Positions 50,684-64,000 of a stretch of 64,000 nt of DNA are shown here, in pieces. Under the pieces are notes generated by a model. It made no database searches and had not been told where the DNA came from. It saw only the letters and a list, made by a program, of their open reading frames with translations. The position numbers and the translations under genes were made by a program. Origin of the DNA: Tubiluchus corallicola (lineage: Eukaryota; Animalia; Priapulida); NCBI GenBank assembly GCA_030141605.1, contig JAQGDQ010000076.1:62001-126000 (forward strand), in the 5' to 3' direction. Position 1 is the stretch's first letter. Every line of letters starts with the position of its first letter.

Positions 50684-53600
50684 ATGTAAATTTGATATAT
50701 ATGCTCTCCAAAAAATATAAGAATTTTCGGAAGTTGAAAGACTACAGTATAGCTAAACATACCGAAGAGCTTTTACTAAACATTAAATGCGTATAATGTA
50801 ACATGGTGTCCTGGGGCTCCAATGTATCAGTTTGTAACAGCTTTGCTGAAATCACAGTTGATAAAATGGGCGCATTGAACACCAAAGCTATATTGCTAAG
50901 GCGAATAATTACTAAGGCACATCAACAAATCAAAACGATCTCCTACTTTTGTTCTCGATTTATATTGTGAATTTGATTAAAAGATTTCATTTTCTTTTTA
51001 GAAAATTAACTGCGCAATCTTCCCAGTTGCACTCTTAAGCATGATAATTAATCTTTAAAATTTTACCATTTCCCAGCTAGCATTCTGGAATTTATGCATT
51101 CAGTGTCTAGCGTTTTCGGGCAAAGCACTGGCCTAAATTTTAGAAGACTATTTTTTTGAAGATAAAATTTTGATAAAGGTCTGTGAATGTGACTGGAACG
51201 GTCACGTCGCATAAAGAGTGTCCCTTAGTAATTCATATTTCTTCGTTTTGTTATGTTGTAGTGAATTTTTCAAGTGTTTACTAGATATTTTGCTATAATT
51301 GATATAAAACACTAAAAACAGTCGCTGAATTTTTACGATATACAGTATATCTACAACGTATCAGCATTAAAAAATAATTAGAATAAATACCAGGTGACAG
51401 TGAAGGCATTCCGACCAACTCTGATACAAATTTTGATTGGAGCCTATGTTCATACATAGATATGAACCCGTGATACATTTATTTCTAATATCCCTTACGT
51501 TGACGTTAACGACCTTGTCTAATATCGGTAATGGTCATAATATAATCAACGAGGATGTAATTCTGTAATAATCTCTCCAAAGCTTATCTTCTATGGATTC
51601 ATCAGATGATGCGATGTAGCACTCTGGCTTCACTCCTGAGTTTAATGAACGTCAATAGCATGGGCGTAAAGCTGGCTGGTAATTGCTGATAGATAAACCA
51701 GGGGAGTTTTATCACTACTCCGTCTGTTGAAATTGCAGCCTTTTTCAGCCGGAAAAGTCATTCCCTGTCGCGTTTTGTAAGTGAACCATTCAATTCGATA
51801 AAGCAGTTCAATGCGCTGGCTTGTAACAGTTGCTGCTGCAGTTATACAGTAATAGCAATGTAGTAGTACAGTAATTTTACAGACTTCTATGATTGCACGT
51901 TTACTGTGTTACTGAACACTGTCATAAGCGTAATTCTGTAGTTGTAATGTTTTCTTGGTGACGTGGGAGCAACATAAACCAACCGCGGAAGCCCTTTACA
52001 TAAAATTCAGCTGTTTTTAACAGTATAGCCTAGTGGCTTGGGGCGAAGAGAATATATGAATAGGGCCTACTTGGCTACGAAATTAAGCTGCCGTAGATTC
52101 ATATTTGAGATTTCATGTATTATTCACACTGAAACGGTCATGCTGGAGCATATTCAGTGCTGAAAGACACCACAGCAACCCGGGTTATTCAGATATTTAC
52201 ACGCGAAAGTTCCATCATAAGATTCATAATTTAAAAAACAGTTGCCTCGGGAAATCAAATTACTCAGCCACACTGAGCCAGTAGCAAGTTGCACAAAATT
52301 TTAAAATCGCTGCGAGACACTTACTCTGATAAGCTGACGCAGTTTCATTTAACAACTTTCATTTAACCAAATAAATTTTCCTAAAGACTAGTAATTATCG
52401 ACGTGAAACCATGTCTTCCTAGACCCTAGGTCCTCCATGAATCCATGTGGCACCTGTTAAAGAATTTACTTCGGAGCCAAGTGAGAATGGAGGCATCTAG
52501 AAGGATTGCGTGATTAAGAGCGTCAGGATGTCACATTAAGCTTGTCTGTTCAGCTAATAAAGCTTCTTATCTGACATTTGCGTTGCAACAAATCGATGTT
52601 AGGCAACGCACGAAATGTTTTAGTTCCCACAATGACCTTCACTTGAATTATTGTTGTGCCATCTGCCCAAGTAACAAAAGATTTTACTTGCTCCAAAAAT
52701 CAATTTCTGCTGATCACATGAAACTATTAAAATGTGGAAGCTTTAACTCTGCTAAACGAATAAATCTGGCGGTTTCTATTCAACAAAAGTTATTATTAAT
52801 CTAACAGCTAATGAAAGGGAATTTGTAATCCTGTCAGAACTGCTTTGCGCTCACCCTTCAGTTGTAATGCACCTTCTAATAGCAAGGGCTCGACAGGTCA
52901 ATTTTTCAGCTTCTTTATTTCATGGGTCGCTAAGTTAAATGTTTTTTAATAAACTGTATTTCAGTCGTTGGGATTATTAATTCTGGCTCATTGTTCCTTT
53001 GCAGTTAGTTGATCCGATTATTTACTTAAAGTAACACACAAAACAGCCTCTTTAGAAACAGCACAGTACCTTTTAGCCTGGTAAAGTAATTCCGTCATCA
53101 CAATATGCCAAGATGAAAGGTCTAATGCCACGTCCTGCTAATTAATTAATTTATATTTAAATTTTATCTTTCAAAAGTTATTGCGATTATAGGGTGAGCT
53201 ATCCTAGAAAGGAAACGGTGGCTGTTCGTTTTAAATTTAGGCCAATTTAATTTAATATTTTGCCAGTGAAAATGAATTCAAAAAGCAGTTAGGCTCTGGA
53301 ACGCAATTCTCGAAAACTGTTCATTATTTTTTGGATAATGTCTTATAAGAAAGAAAATCGAAAAAAGTGCCCCACATACGCGGAATCACAGTTACATCAT
53401 GAAGGATATAAATTTGTTACCCTGGGATGAACGACTCAAGTAACCAGATTTCAGTCGCAATATGGATAAAAGCCATACGGTACATTTGATGCTTTAGAAT
53501 GGGATTTTAAGGCTAAATGCGAATTTGCTTAACTGCTTCGGTAAATGTATAGTGCAAAGCGTTAAACATCGTAATAAACAATCGTGATTGCAGTAACGAT

Positions 53601-53929
53601 TCGACATGTCTAAAAATATGGGCGGAGCGCCAGATAGTCATAGTAGTGATACTCTTAGTTTGGAATTTGAAAAATCCTTTGCTTTATCTCATAAGCTGCA
53701 GAAAATGTGAAAAAAACATCAAAAGCACCTGCTGTTTTGCTATATCGTATATTTCAAAAATGTAATAATGACGGAATGATTATTCAATAAAAACAGCAAT
53801 AAGCCATTTTCAAAGTTTCTGGTGCCCATTATAGCAAATTTCACAAAACTATTTGGACGTCTCCAAATTTCTGAAGTACTTCTAGTGTTTTAAAATATTT
53901 GCAATCGATAAAATGTATGGCTAAAGTTT

Positions 53930-54056
53930 ACAATTCCATGCACACAAGATAGCAGTTCGTAAAGCGGATTAGGATTAGGATTAAGGTTAGGGATAGGGTT
54001 AAGGTTGGGTTAGGATCAGGGTTAGGATTAGCGTATTTAAATTGTGTCGGGAGTTG
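53930..54056. repeat. Small foldback element with degenerate TTAGG/TTAGGG core
   Basis: About ten ttagg/ttaggg-like units (53967-54031) lie between the imperfect inverted flanks caattccatgcacacaa and ttgtgtcgggagttg. Confidence 0.6.
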
Positions 54057-54154
54057 AAACTCCTTCCAAATGCGTCTGCTGTTCTTTTATTTGCAGATCT
54101 ATGACGGCAACAGCAGCAACAGTTAATGCTGACTTCTGGTGACCAAGTTTGCGG

Positions 54155-57100
54155 ATGGCATCAATCTCTGCTAAAGCTTCAGGCATACACTCTCGTCAAA
54201 TTTTAGAAATGTACAAAACTGTTATCAGATGTATTGTAGTACTTGGTGTCATGCACTTCATTCTAGGCATCATCAGCATCGTGGTGGGTATCATTTCCAC
54301 AAAAAGAGCTGAAGTGTGGCTGGCTCACAGCGTCTCGCCCATTTGGAGTGGTGCATGCGTAAGTAATGCTTACCTATAATTATTATTTCTCTGACATTAA
54401 CAACGTTAAAATCAAAAAGGCATACTTTGAACATTTAGATGTATTTTTTGCTTCTGAAATGGTTGTCTTCTCCTTTAACAAATTTCTAGTCAGAGTCAAT
54501 AGTAATGACAGTTTTCCCACCAGTCGCCAAACTGCCACATAGTACTGTTCGTTTTCGACCCGTCATTTAATCTAGTGCATAAGGAGCACCAAGCTGACTT
54601 GCGGTCTGTGTTAACTCTGTACCTAAACCTTGCATTATAATAAGACATGTATGCCGTAGCATTTTCGAACACATTTTTTAGAAATTCTGCCAAAGCTTGT
54701 GGAGAGGAAAAATCGTCAGCATGAATATATGATCCAGGAATAGCAATGGCCCTATAACTCTGCCTTGGCGCACCCCACACAACAGGCACTGCTCCGTGTG
54801 GTGCATGGTACTTGGAATCCACAATTTGCCAGTATTTCTCGGTGATGTAGTCGGAGCATTTTGAGTTCTCAAATGCCAGGTAGAAGAAATATTTCGATAT
54901 CAGTTTGTGCTTACAGGTGTTGTTTGGCTGGCCAGGAAAATACGAATCATCCTTACAAATCTTCCCTTTTCCGCAGAAACCGTACAAATCTAAATCGATA
55001 TGCTTGCTCAGTTCTTCAATATATCTGATGCGGTTCTTACTTCTTTTACAACGACTCACCATTGCTAGCACCATCCCTGTTTTGTTACCCATTACTTCAT
55101 CACTCTGTGCCATCCTCACCAGCTTCCTTTTTTCGATGGCTGGATGCGGAATGGGTAGGTCAGAATCAGTCCTGTACGTCATAGTCCAGTTGAAAAAGCC
55201 ATTATAGTAGTTTGAGTAAAAACCCTTCAGTCGGGTTCGGATGGGAGGCTCCCGAGAATAGAATATGTACCGCTGCTGGGTGTAGCGACCCCGGGGACCT
55301 GTGTGTCCTATCATAGTCACTGGGTTAAACACAATAGCACTTGCGTAATCTGCACGTTTCCGATTGAAACTCCACTCACAACAGTCTCTGCACCGATCAA
55401 CGGATCTCATAATCCACTTTCGCCAGTGTTTTTTAAACCTCCAGAATACTACTAAATGTTTCTTCGTTTCATTACAACTTGTTCGAGTCACGTGAGTTCC
55501 ATTCATCCGGCTGACATGGCCTGACACTTGCTTCCACGTTAATGTGTCATTACCTGACGTTACTCGGTATCTAATGTCCACTAACTCCAAGCTATTGATC
55601 ATCTCCAATTTAAGGATCGATAATGCAATGCAGCTTAGTACTGTAAGCAAAAACACACATTTCACTTTAACTGAAGTTCGATACATCTTCGTAGGGATGG
55701 GATAATGCATTGCACGAAAAACGTTCGCGGTGACTGACTTTTCATTATTAACGTATAGTCAGGAAGGCTGGAACGTCACGGTAACGTTATGTTTCCATAT
55801 GATATGAAATCATATTGCTAAATGCGAAACTCTAAACAACAAATTTCCTCCTGGCGAAAACCAGAAAACGAAAAGCTGTTTTGTTGGCTTGTTCACCGTT
55901 ACGCAATCAAGCGCATGTAATGTACAGTAGTCAGTTTCCTCCATAAGCTAACTGAAATTATAACAACAATTTGTTTGGCGAGCAGGTTTCCAATTATAGC
56001 AGATATTCGGCATGTATTTCCTGATTTACCTGCTTCAAAATGTTCCCCGAGTTCCGTCTGCAGATTATATTTAATTTTAAACAATTAAAATTATACTATG
56101 ATTTTTTATATGCAGTCCAGCATTCAATGGCAGACTATGGGTGGCTGTGGCAGGACTGGAATCAGACTCACTATCAAAGACACTCCTCTAATGTGAGGTA
56201 CTGGAGTGAGAAACGCCTTAAAGGCTACGTCCATATTCCCTGAGAAGTAAACGGCCAGAGTCGTATTGCAAATGAAACCACCAAAAGTGAGCATTGAACC
56301 TGCTGTCACGCATTCGTTTACTGTCATTACTGAGCAGTCTCGGCATTGTTTTACCTTGGTCGGTCGGAAAGACCACCCTACTCACCTGGCCAATATGAAT
56401 GTAATTCGTGTATCCGGCTTGTAAGCGTTATGCAAGCAAATTGCTTGTGCTTACTACATCTTTTTGCAAATTTCCACTAAAACGAATATATGCATAAACC
56501 TACACCTATTCAAAAGTACAAACGAAGCCACTTATTTGTAAAGCATCGCAACGCATTGTTAAGTAAACCGTTATTTAAATGACGCGAATAATGCAAAACA
56601 GACTTGCCATAAAAATAAGTGATTCTATAGTTAACTTCTAAGAACAAAACTGAGCATTTTCTTTAAAGGTTTCACACATTTTGTCAATTTGCCATACTTT
56701 TCTAATCTTTTGTGGGCAGTTGCGCATTCCGCTAGCCAAGACCCAACACTCGATGAAACGGCCTATTTGTTATGTTGATAACTAATATTTATTTTAGTTA
56801 TCGGCAGGAGAAATATTTAGGTAACCGTTAAAGAATATCCTCTAACAGTGAGATATTGAACTGGCGCAGGTGATTACCTCATTTCTCAACAAAGTAAATG
56901 GTAGGGAGGCGATATGACAAGTGAAACCACCCCTAAATCAGTTTTCTTTGCATGTCCCATCCAGTTGACGTCTAACATAATGTGAATCATCTTCGTTGAC
57001 TGCCCAATCAGCGTGCAAGTTATTTCACACACCCCTGCAGCAGGTACGTTCGGGACATTTAGCTACAACTCCGTCTAACACTGTTATGAAAAATGCTCAA

Positions 57101-59985
57101 CTTTTCATTAGTCAGCGGGAGAAATATTGCCCTGGTTCTAGATTTTATTTAATGTCAATTGAAATTGCAAGTGAATTAGTGGAAATATATAGTCTAGTTT
57201 CGTCTATAGGAAGAAATGCACAACGCTTAACGTCTATGAGTTGCTGACTAAGTCATGCTGTAGTCAAGAAAATACGCAGTTTAGTTTAGTCTTTGGCTTT
57301 GCAAGTTAGATAAAAACAACTATTTGATTAACTTTAAATTAGGACAAAACAAAATATTTTCTTTTCTGGCCAGTTTTTATAAACCTCAATGAGATCTTCA
57401 CAGTCAAAATTAATTCAAAGGTGGTCAAAATCTATATTACACATCAATGCAATATTAGTTAATTTTATGCTATTTATCTGATTATAGTCACGATTAAAAG
57501 ATGCCTTTGGGATTTATGTAACTCGGGCATTCAATATAAGGGTCGTCAATGAAATGGAACAATAAAACTTATTCCATTTCCTTAACCTAACAAACGGAAA
57601 AATACAAAAACTAAATAAATCTTGCAGACAAGCACATGATCAGTTAATATAGAAAAAATACATCGTCGGCATGAATGATGTTCGTATGTTTAAAGGCAAG
57701 AGAGACAATATTTTTGTTGCTCATTTATTGTAAAAAAAGGCTAACTGGCTTAGCTTCTTCATTATACTTGTTTCTGTATTTTGTAGTGCTTTGAAATTTC
57801 GTCTCTACATTCTGTCATTTTTTTGGCTACTTGAAGTGTTAATTTCGTGTAAAAATAGCTGCTGTTCTGCAAATTTGTGTTTATAAAAAAGTGCAATCAG
57901 TTTATCTGCTGATTAGACATTAGTTGTGACTGTCATGCTGTTTAGTTTAGTTTTGTCCAGCGTGAGCTGTTGTCCCGAATGCCGCTGAGCGTGCTGACGT
58001 TACAGTGGAGGCGGAACCATAGACCAATATGTTAGACGTCAATTATTGCCAGGTTCAAAATTTGAATTAGAAACCTTTTGGACGCCGATTAATGTGTTAT
58101 TAATCAGATTCATACTATTATTTCGTCTTGATTCGACGACTGGGCAAGAAAAATCTTAATCTGCCAAACTAGTAAAAGCATTTTTGGGTTTATATCTATC
58201 TCAAAACTGTCTGGTTCAAATTCAATCTCGGCCAAACTTTTCTTACACCTTTATTTTTAAATTTAATGCCATAAAGAGAAGTCCAACGTCATCAATAAGT
58301 TATATACCAACTAGTACACTTTATATAATTAAACAGTCTTTTCGTTAATCTTGCGTGATCAGTCAACATTACCCAGCTGTTCAACTACAGAATGTCTTTC
58401 AATGTCAACCATGTCACAAGATTTTCGATCTGCATTTCAGTTTGTTATCTGTGGACTGACTGCATTTACATGTGCCAGGAAAAGAACTGCTTATATGGTA
58501 AAATTATTTTTTCAATACGTTTGTTTTTAATTTAAAACATTTTGTAATCGTATATGCCTCCAATTAAATTAGGAACTTGACGTGCATCTAGAAGAACGTT
58601 GACGTTAAAAGTATAAGATTATTTTTAAATGTTAAGCATATGCCTAACTCAGAATTACACATATTCAGCAAGAATTATTGGAGGACGGAAATCAGTGCCA
58701 GAGGTGAAAAAAGCAGTCATCACTGAAGAACCCTGAAAACTCGTGATTTAACTCTAATGACTTCTAAAACCATTGGTTTACATAATTTCTTAGCTGATAA
58801 TAATAGATACTTTGTAGAGACTACTCCAAGTATAGGATCGAAGTTAAGAGGCTCCAAGTTAAGGTAACTGCCAACAACCTCGGCATAAATTATGGGACTT
58901 CGGGTGAAGTGTCATTCGGTTAAGGCTAAGCTTTCAAGACTTTTTGTACATACATCGCTAGACAAGTCTTTTGACATGGATGTTTCTTACTAGAAAAGTT
59001 TTGCTTCCGTACCTGATACCACTGACATGACATCTTCAGGTACCTATCCTTAAGGTCCTTCTAGATTTCAGGTGATCAGTCAGTATTTCATAGCCAAAAG
59101 CTAATCTAGGGATTTATGGTTTATGGATTTTTCAAAGATATATTTACAAAATGAGACAGCAAAACTAAAACATATAAAGAATGACGGCAATAGCGATGAG
59201 TATGAAACATGAAAGCCTACTATTTTCCACTTGATAAAATCAGTTCTTAGAGTAAAGCACTGGAACTATTTGCGTATAATTACACATGAGAGATATCCAT
59301 ACCTTGAGTGCAGTATGAAAAAGATTTGGCATAAAATAATTTAAAAAAAAACCTTTATTGGTGGAAATGAAGAAGTAAGATGCACACCCATTCTGCAATA
59401 GAACTAACTGGGGGTAAATTTTATTTCATCATTTCCACCACTGAACAGATTTGATTTTTTTAATTATTTTATTTCAAGTTAATTTCAGGGGGCCTCATAG
59501 AATTACTTCGAAGATACGTCAATTCCTACACTAGGAAGGTCAAACAAACATCAGTACTATAGAAACCTGTAGTGCTAATTGTAGCATTGATACACATATT
59601 ATTTATAAAATGTCGTGTCTTTCAGATTATGGTGTTCACGTCCATGTCGGTTGTTGCACTTATAACAGGCATCATCAACATTCAGCTATTGCGATTGGGC
59701 CTCGTCGACAGAACAACAGATGGGAAGACATACCTCAAGAAAGAGAGGAACATTTTGCTCTTAACCGGACTTTCTGCAGCAGCGCTGGAAAGTGTAATCT
59801 GCATAGTGTCTTCAATTGTGAGTTGCAGATTAGCCAAGCAGGTTAAAAATGAACTGATGCAACACAGAGTAGATGAACCATTTACCATTCACGTATGCAA
59901 TGGAGAAAAAGACTTGGTCATTGTGCCGAGACAACAAAAGGGCCAGTGCAAGTTTACTAATTTAGAAGATATTGGCCAAAAATGA
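54155..59985 (+). CDS. TMEM196: Transmembrane protein 196-like tetraspan protein, 3 coding exons
   Basis: Exons 54155-54358, 58441-58497 and 59626-59985 (all phase 0). SPIWSGAC-FVICGLTAFTCARKRTAYM-IMVFTSMSVVALITGIINIQLLR...SSIVSCRLA resembles the TMEM196 pattern (SPVWSG, CG..CAKKK, GILNFQFLR, TCRLA). Four hydrophobic segments. Confidence 0.8.
54496..55710 (-). CDS. Alpha-(1,3)-fucosyltransferase (GT10), single coding exon, nested antisense in the TMEM196-like intron
   Basis: 404-aa ORF with an N-terminal TM anchor, SREPP, FNWTMTYRTDSD, YFFYLAFENSKCSDYITEK, VPVVWG and YIHADDFSSPQALAEFL. Confidence 0.93.
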   Translation of the reverse strand: MHYPIPTKMYRTSVKVKCVFLLTVLSCIALSILKLEMINSLELVDIRYRVTSGNDTLTWKQVSGHVSRMNGTHVTRTSCNETKKHLVVFWRFKKHWRKWIMRSVDRCRDCCEWSFNRKRADYASAIVFNPVTMIGHTGPRGRYTQQRYIFYSREPPIRTRLKGFYSNYYNGFFNWTMTYRTDSDLPIPHPAIEKRKLVRMAQSDEVMGNKTGMVLAMVSRCKRSKNRIRYIEELSKHIDLDLYGFCGKGKICKDDSYFPGQPNNTCKHKLISKYFFYLAFENSKCSDYITEKYWQIVDSKYHAPHGAVPVVWGAPRQSYRAIAIPGSYIHADDFSSPQALAEFLKNVFENATAYMSYYNARFRYRVNTDRKSAWCSLCTRLNDGSKTNSTMWQFGDWWENCHYY

Positions 59986-61914
59986 CGAAAGATAATGACA
60001 GCTAACTAATAAGTAAAGAACATAAATAATTGGCACTGTAAAACTATACTATGAGTCTATGACTACCTGAAGGCTAAAGTAAACGTGGAATTGCAGTTGC
60101 AAAATACTGTTAACTCATTAATGCCATTGGTGACAGCCAAACGTTCTTGTTGAAGCAGTAACAACAACACATTGAAGTATGACCCTTATTGTATTAGAGA
60201 ACTCAGAGGGGGTGACCAACTCATAGGCATGGACTATATTATTCAGCGACACACCAAATACGACGCTGAACAAGCGGTCCTGCCACTCTGAACATGATCA
60301 TTCTATAACTCTGTTATGGAAGCTGTTCGAAGGAAAATGGCTTCAGCAAGTCCCGACTCAGAAAGAATTCAAAGAACGACAAGCCACAGTATCGGTATGA
60401 TAGAAACAACAGTCATTACATGTACCTGGGAAAAGATGCTGGGTTGAATATCTATGAAAAATATTGAATAATACATCTGTAAACTTGTGAGAACAATGTA
60501 ATCAGACTACAAAAATTAGACATTCTTAGCTAGAATACTTCAGGCCGCATTTCCATGGAAATTTTCTGTGTGACACACACAGAAAGAATTGAAGCGACAG
60601 CAGGTCTAATTCGGCACTTTTGCGTTCCTAATTCGGCACTTTTCTTCATCCATTGTTGCAGTGTGATGATATTCAGTTAGGCATTCAAAGTTTTTGAAAC
60701 TAAACATGATGTAGCCACTTGCTGTATTACTAGCTGCCCTGTTCATTAACTAAAAGTAGAATAAAATTATTATTTTGTACATAATGCTGTGGCATGAGTA
60801 GGGTTCCAATGGAAATGACTTTTGCGCATGTAAGATGCGCGGATGGAAAAGTCTGTGTAAAGACGTTGTTGTGCATATGCAGCAGAAGATAAGATATCCA
60901 ATGATCAGAACTGAAACAAATCATGATAATTCAGAATATAATTGGACTGACAAGGATGCATTTTTTCATTTTCTTGGCATTCACAGCAGGTGTCAGTGAA
61001 GTCATTAATGATCCCAGAGATTACAAGTGCAAAATGCCAGTGAAACACATTAGCATGATAATGACGCTAATAAACCTTCAATAATGTCATGAAAATCATG
61101 AGGTCAACTATAGATGTCTTCAAGCGTCAGTAATTAGTGAAAATCAACTACATAATCACTCATACAGTATTAAACAATTAACAAATCAATGATTTATTTA
61201 TAAAATACATAAGGCTGGAATTAAGCACGGTATAGTGTAGAAAGGCCTATGAAACAAACAGGCACATATAAAATAGCATACAAGTTACTGAAATGATTAT
61301 CTGCCTGCAAATACATCATACACAAAAGCAATGCACTTGAAAATCAGTGCAAAAAACTGTCAAGTTTCAAAAACTTCACCTAATAATTTCACCTATTAGC
61401 TCCATGGGAAAACAAATTCTTAATAGAGTTCACAAAAATCACAAATATTAAGGACACAGACTCTCTTTAAAGATGATTAGGAGCAGTCATTGGAACAAAT
61501 TAGTATTAAGCCATTCACCAGTTAACTCATTAAGCTTGTTGACTGTACAGCACATGTTAGATAATAAATAATCAGTAAAATATACATCCAAGCACACAAC
61601 AATCAATATGAAAAGTCCAATAAAAGTTTCCTGTGTGAAGCCAAAGAGAACTAAAGTCTTTCACAAAACTAGATAAAATTATTGGATTTCAGTTTAAAGG
61701 TCAATGATCTTCTACTGCAGCACTATGTTCAACATAGATAACAGTGTGCATAATTTGATGCTAATTCGATTCTGCGCACCCAATTTCTGTCCCGCCTATA
61801 GAAAACTGTAGCATTACCTAACACTTGAGTTATTCAGCAGATGCCAAGTACTTACAGCAGATACCAAGTACAATGACACAAACTTAAATGCACGCAACAA
61901 GACTAACTCCTTCC

Positions 61915-63638
61915 TCACTTACGTTTCTTCTTGACATTTTGCAAGTTTGCTGCCGACATTTTAACTTTTCCGGGAATATTCCGGGATAGATCTGTGTCTT
62001 TCACGACTTTGAGCAAGTCTTTTTCTCTTGGATAAATCGAGCGGTCCTTTATGAAGACATCTAAAGCTGTTTTTGCAGCTTTTCCACGCCTGTTATTGCC
62101 AGGAACAAGTTTCACTTTAAATCTAAAATGCAAAATATACCAAAATATAGTGTTTGTATGATTGTCCGTTTGTCTGTTTGTTGAAAGCTAATCTAAAAAT
62201 GGCAAAGACAGACTTCAAGAAATTTGACGTAAATATTCAAATGCTTAGAGCATCTCTACCAGATAACAGTCTTTAAATAAGTCAAAAATGTCAAATAAGA
62301 TGGATTTTGAACAAGCCTGTTATCTGACAAGTGTTGTATGTCTGACTACCTTAGTAAATCAATAAAGTATTTGACAGTTAAATTCGGCAAAAATACATTG
62401 ATGTTCAGCTTAAACAAGTTCGACATCTCTAGCAATTTACGAGCACAGATATATTGGCGTAAATCAATAAAAGGCAAAGATCACTTGATAGTCTTATGAT
62501 AACAAAGGTATATTTCCAGAAAAGCAGTTCGGTTTTGTTTTATTCTGCTAGACATATATTTTAAAGTGATGCCTGTAAAAATTTTTCTTCAACAATTTTA
62601 AATATACAACTTTTGAAACATATTACGCTTACGAACTGTTTTTCCTATAGTCTTATATTGTGTAATTATGGTAATGCTCATAAATTAATGTCAAGTATAT
62701 TTCAGTGTTTGTTAACCAAGCCTTTGGAATTTTACTTTTATTGATTGTTGACCCCACGAGTACTGGTTCTGCTTTAGACTGCATATCAAAGAGACAGATA
62801 CCAAAAGCACTACAGATTCGATGGATAAAAGATATTTTGTTTAATGTTTTGTAACATTTGCACAAATTTTATTAGATTTACTTGTAATTAGCCATGGCTG
62901 AGTATGGAGCACAAACTGGTATTGCAAACATCAACAAATCTTCTTCTAGTGGACAGCCAGTAAGCAAAGCGAAAATATCTGCATCCTAAGAATAAAGAAT
63001 ATGGAACAAAAAATTTATCATTTACCACACAATCACCTCAAAATTGGGTTTACACACTTAAAACTAATAAACTGAGGGCCGTTTAGTAATGTAATTATTT
63101 CTGAGAATGTGATTGAACACTATGAATACTAATTTCAATGAACAGTGATAAGCTGCTCTTTCTAAAAAAAAAGCTGCTGGTCTGTCAAACATATTTAAAT
63201 TTTTCCTTGTTATCTGGATAATCTATCATTAATCTTGTTAGCTATCACTAAAATATCTCCATTATGAAGGGAATTAACAAAAAAGTAAATCTTTAGGTCT
63301 ATTATTCCATTAATTAGAAGAACAAAGAAGATATTGTACCTTTCATAAGCACTTTAAATGAGTATAACATGTATAAAGAAAAATACAAATGAAATACAAA
63401 CATCAGAAATGTTGACTTGCTCAAGGTCATCCGCAACATCGTCCTCTTGCCTCACATTCGTTACTTGCTCCGGGTTGACTGTGACATCTTCACCTTCTTC
63501 TACATGTATAATCCCAGAGAACGGTGCCAGCTTATTTGCTTGATTTTTAGGTTTCTGGCCCACTGTCTGCTTAGTGGCAGGCCCTTCTTTGCTTCCCTTT
63601 TTTCCCTTTTTCTTTGACTCCTTCGTAATGCCTTCAGA
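61915..63638 (-). CDS. NEMF: Ribosome quality control subunit NEMF/Rqc2, last three coding exons (gene continues beyond the window)
   Basis: Exons 63638-~63402 (donor uncertain), 62985-62882 ([28 protein letters not shown]) and 62122-61915 ([20 protein letters not shown]...[23 protein letters not shown]), matching the conserved NEMF C-terminal domain. Confidence 0.9.
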
Positions 63639-64000
63639 CTAGTTAAAAGTAGGGAAAATGGTAAAATTGCCTTTTTGTATATAGCATGTATATCAAAATA
63701 TCTTTACTTGCATAACTGCACAATTCCAGCTGTGATGAACTTTCTGCAAATTTAAGAGATTTAAGACAAAAGGGTTTACAGAACAAAGGCAAATGAGACA
63801 TACAATCAGTTTTTCTATGGACTCAGCTGCAAGTAAGGTTTAAATGCAACTGCAGAAAGTAACCAGCAGCCTTATTTAATAATTAATTCCTAAAATGGGA
63901 AGAACTGATGATGATGGCATCTTTTATTCAATAGATAAAAGCTATCTTTAAATAAAACATTTTGCATGCCGAGACTGCCCTTTCTTTGGTACAAGTTCCA

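Overview
This is an AT-rich invertebrate-animal genomic window with GT-AG introns; the species cannot be determined from the sequence. From left to right it holds: (1) a Gmr1-like Ty3/gypsy LTR retrotransposon (805-8023) in gag-PR-IN-RT-RH order, with a tRNA-Leu PBS, an intact ~1090-aa Gag-PR-IN ORF, a deleted RT core and a 5' LTR missing its first 31 bp; (2) a ~2.1-kb inverted duplication (8024-10077 / 16301-18403) that starts exactly at the 3' LTR end and copies the first coding exon of the poly(A) polymerase gene in antisense orientation, around a spacer of nested decayed LINEs and MITEs; (3) a 15-exon canonical poly(A) polymerase gene (17307-30510, +); (4) an 11-exon TFIIA alpha/beta gene (34334-44242, +) with two Taspase1-type cleavage motifs; (5) a TMEM196-like gene (54155-59985, +) with an intronless alpha-1,3-fucosyltransferase nested antisense in its first coding intron; (6) the 3' end of NEMF (-). 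The most unusual structure is the LTR / inverted PAP exon / PAP arrangement. It could produce LTR-driven antisense or long-hairpin RNA against an essential gene, mark a second head-to-head PAP copy, or be a haplotype assembly artefact. All alignments and counts were made by eye.
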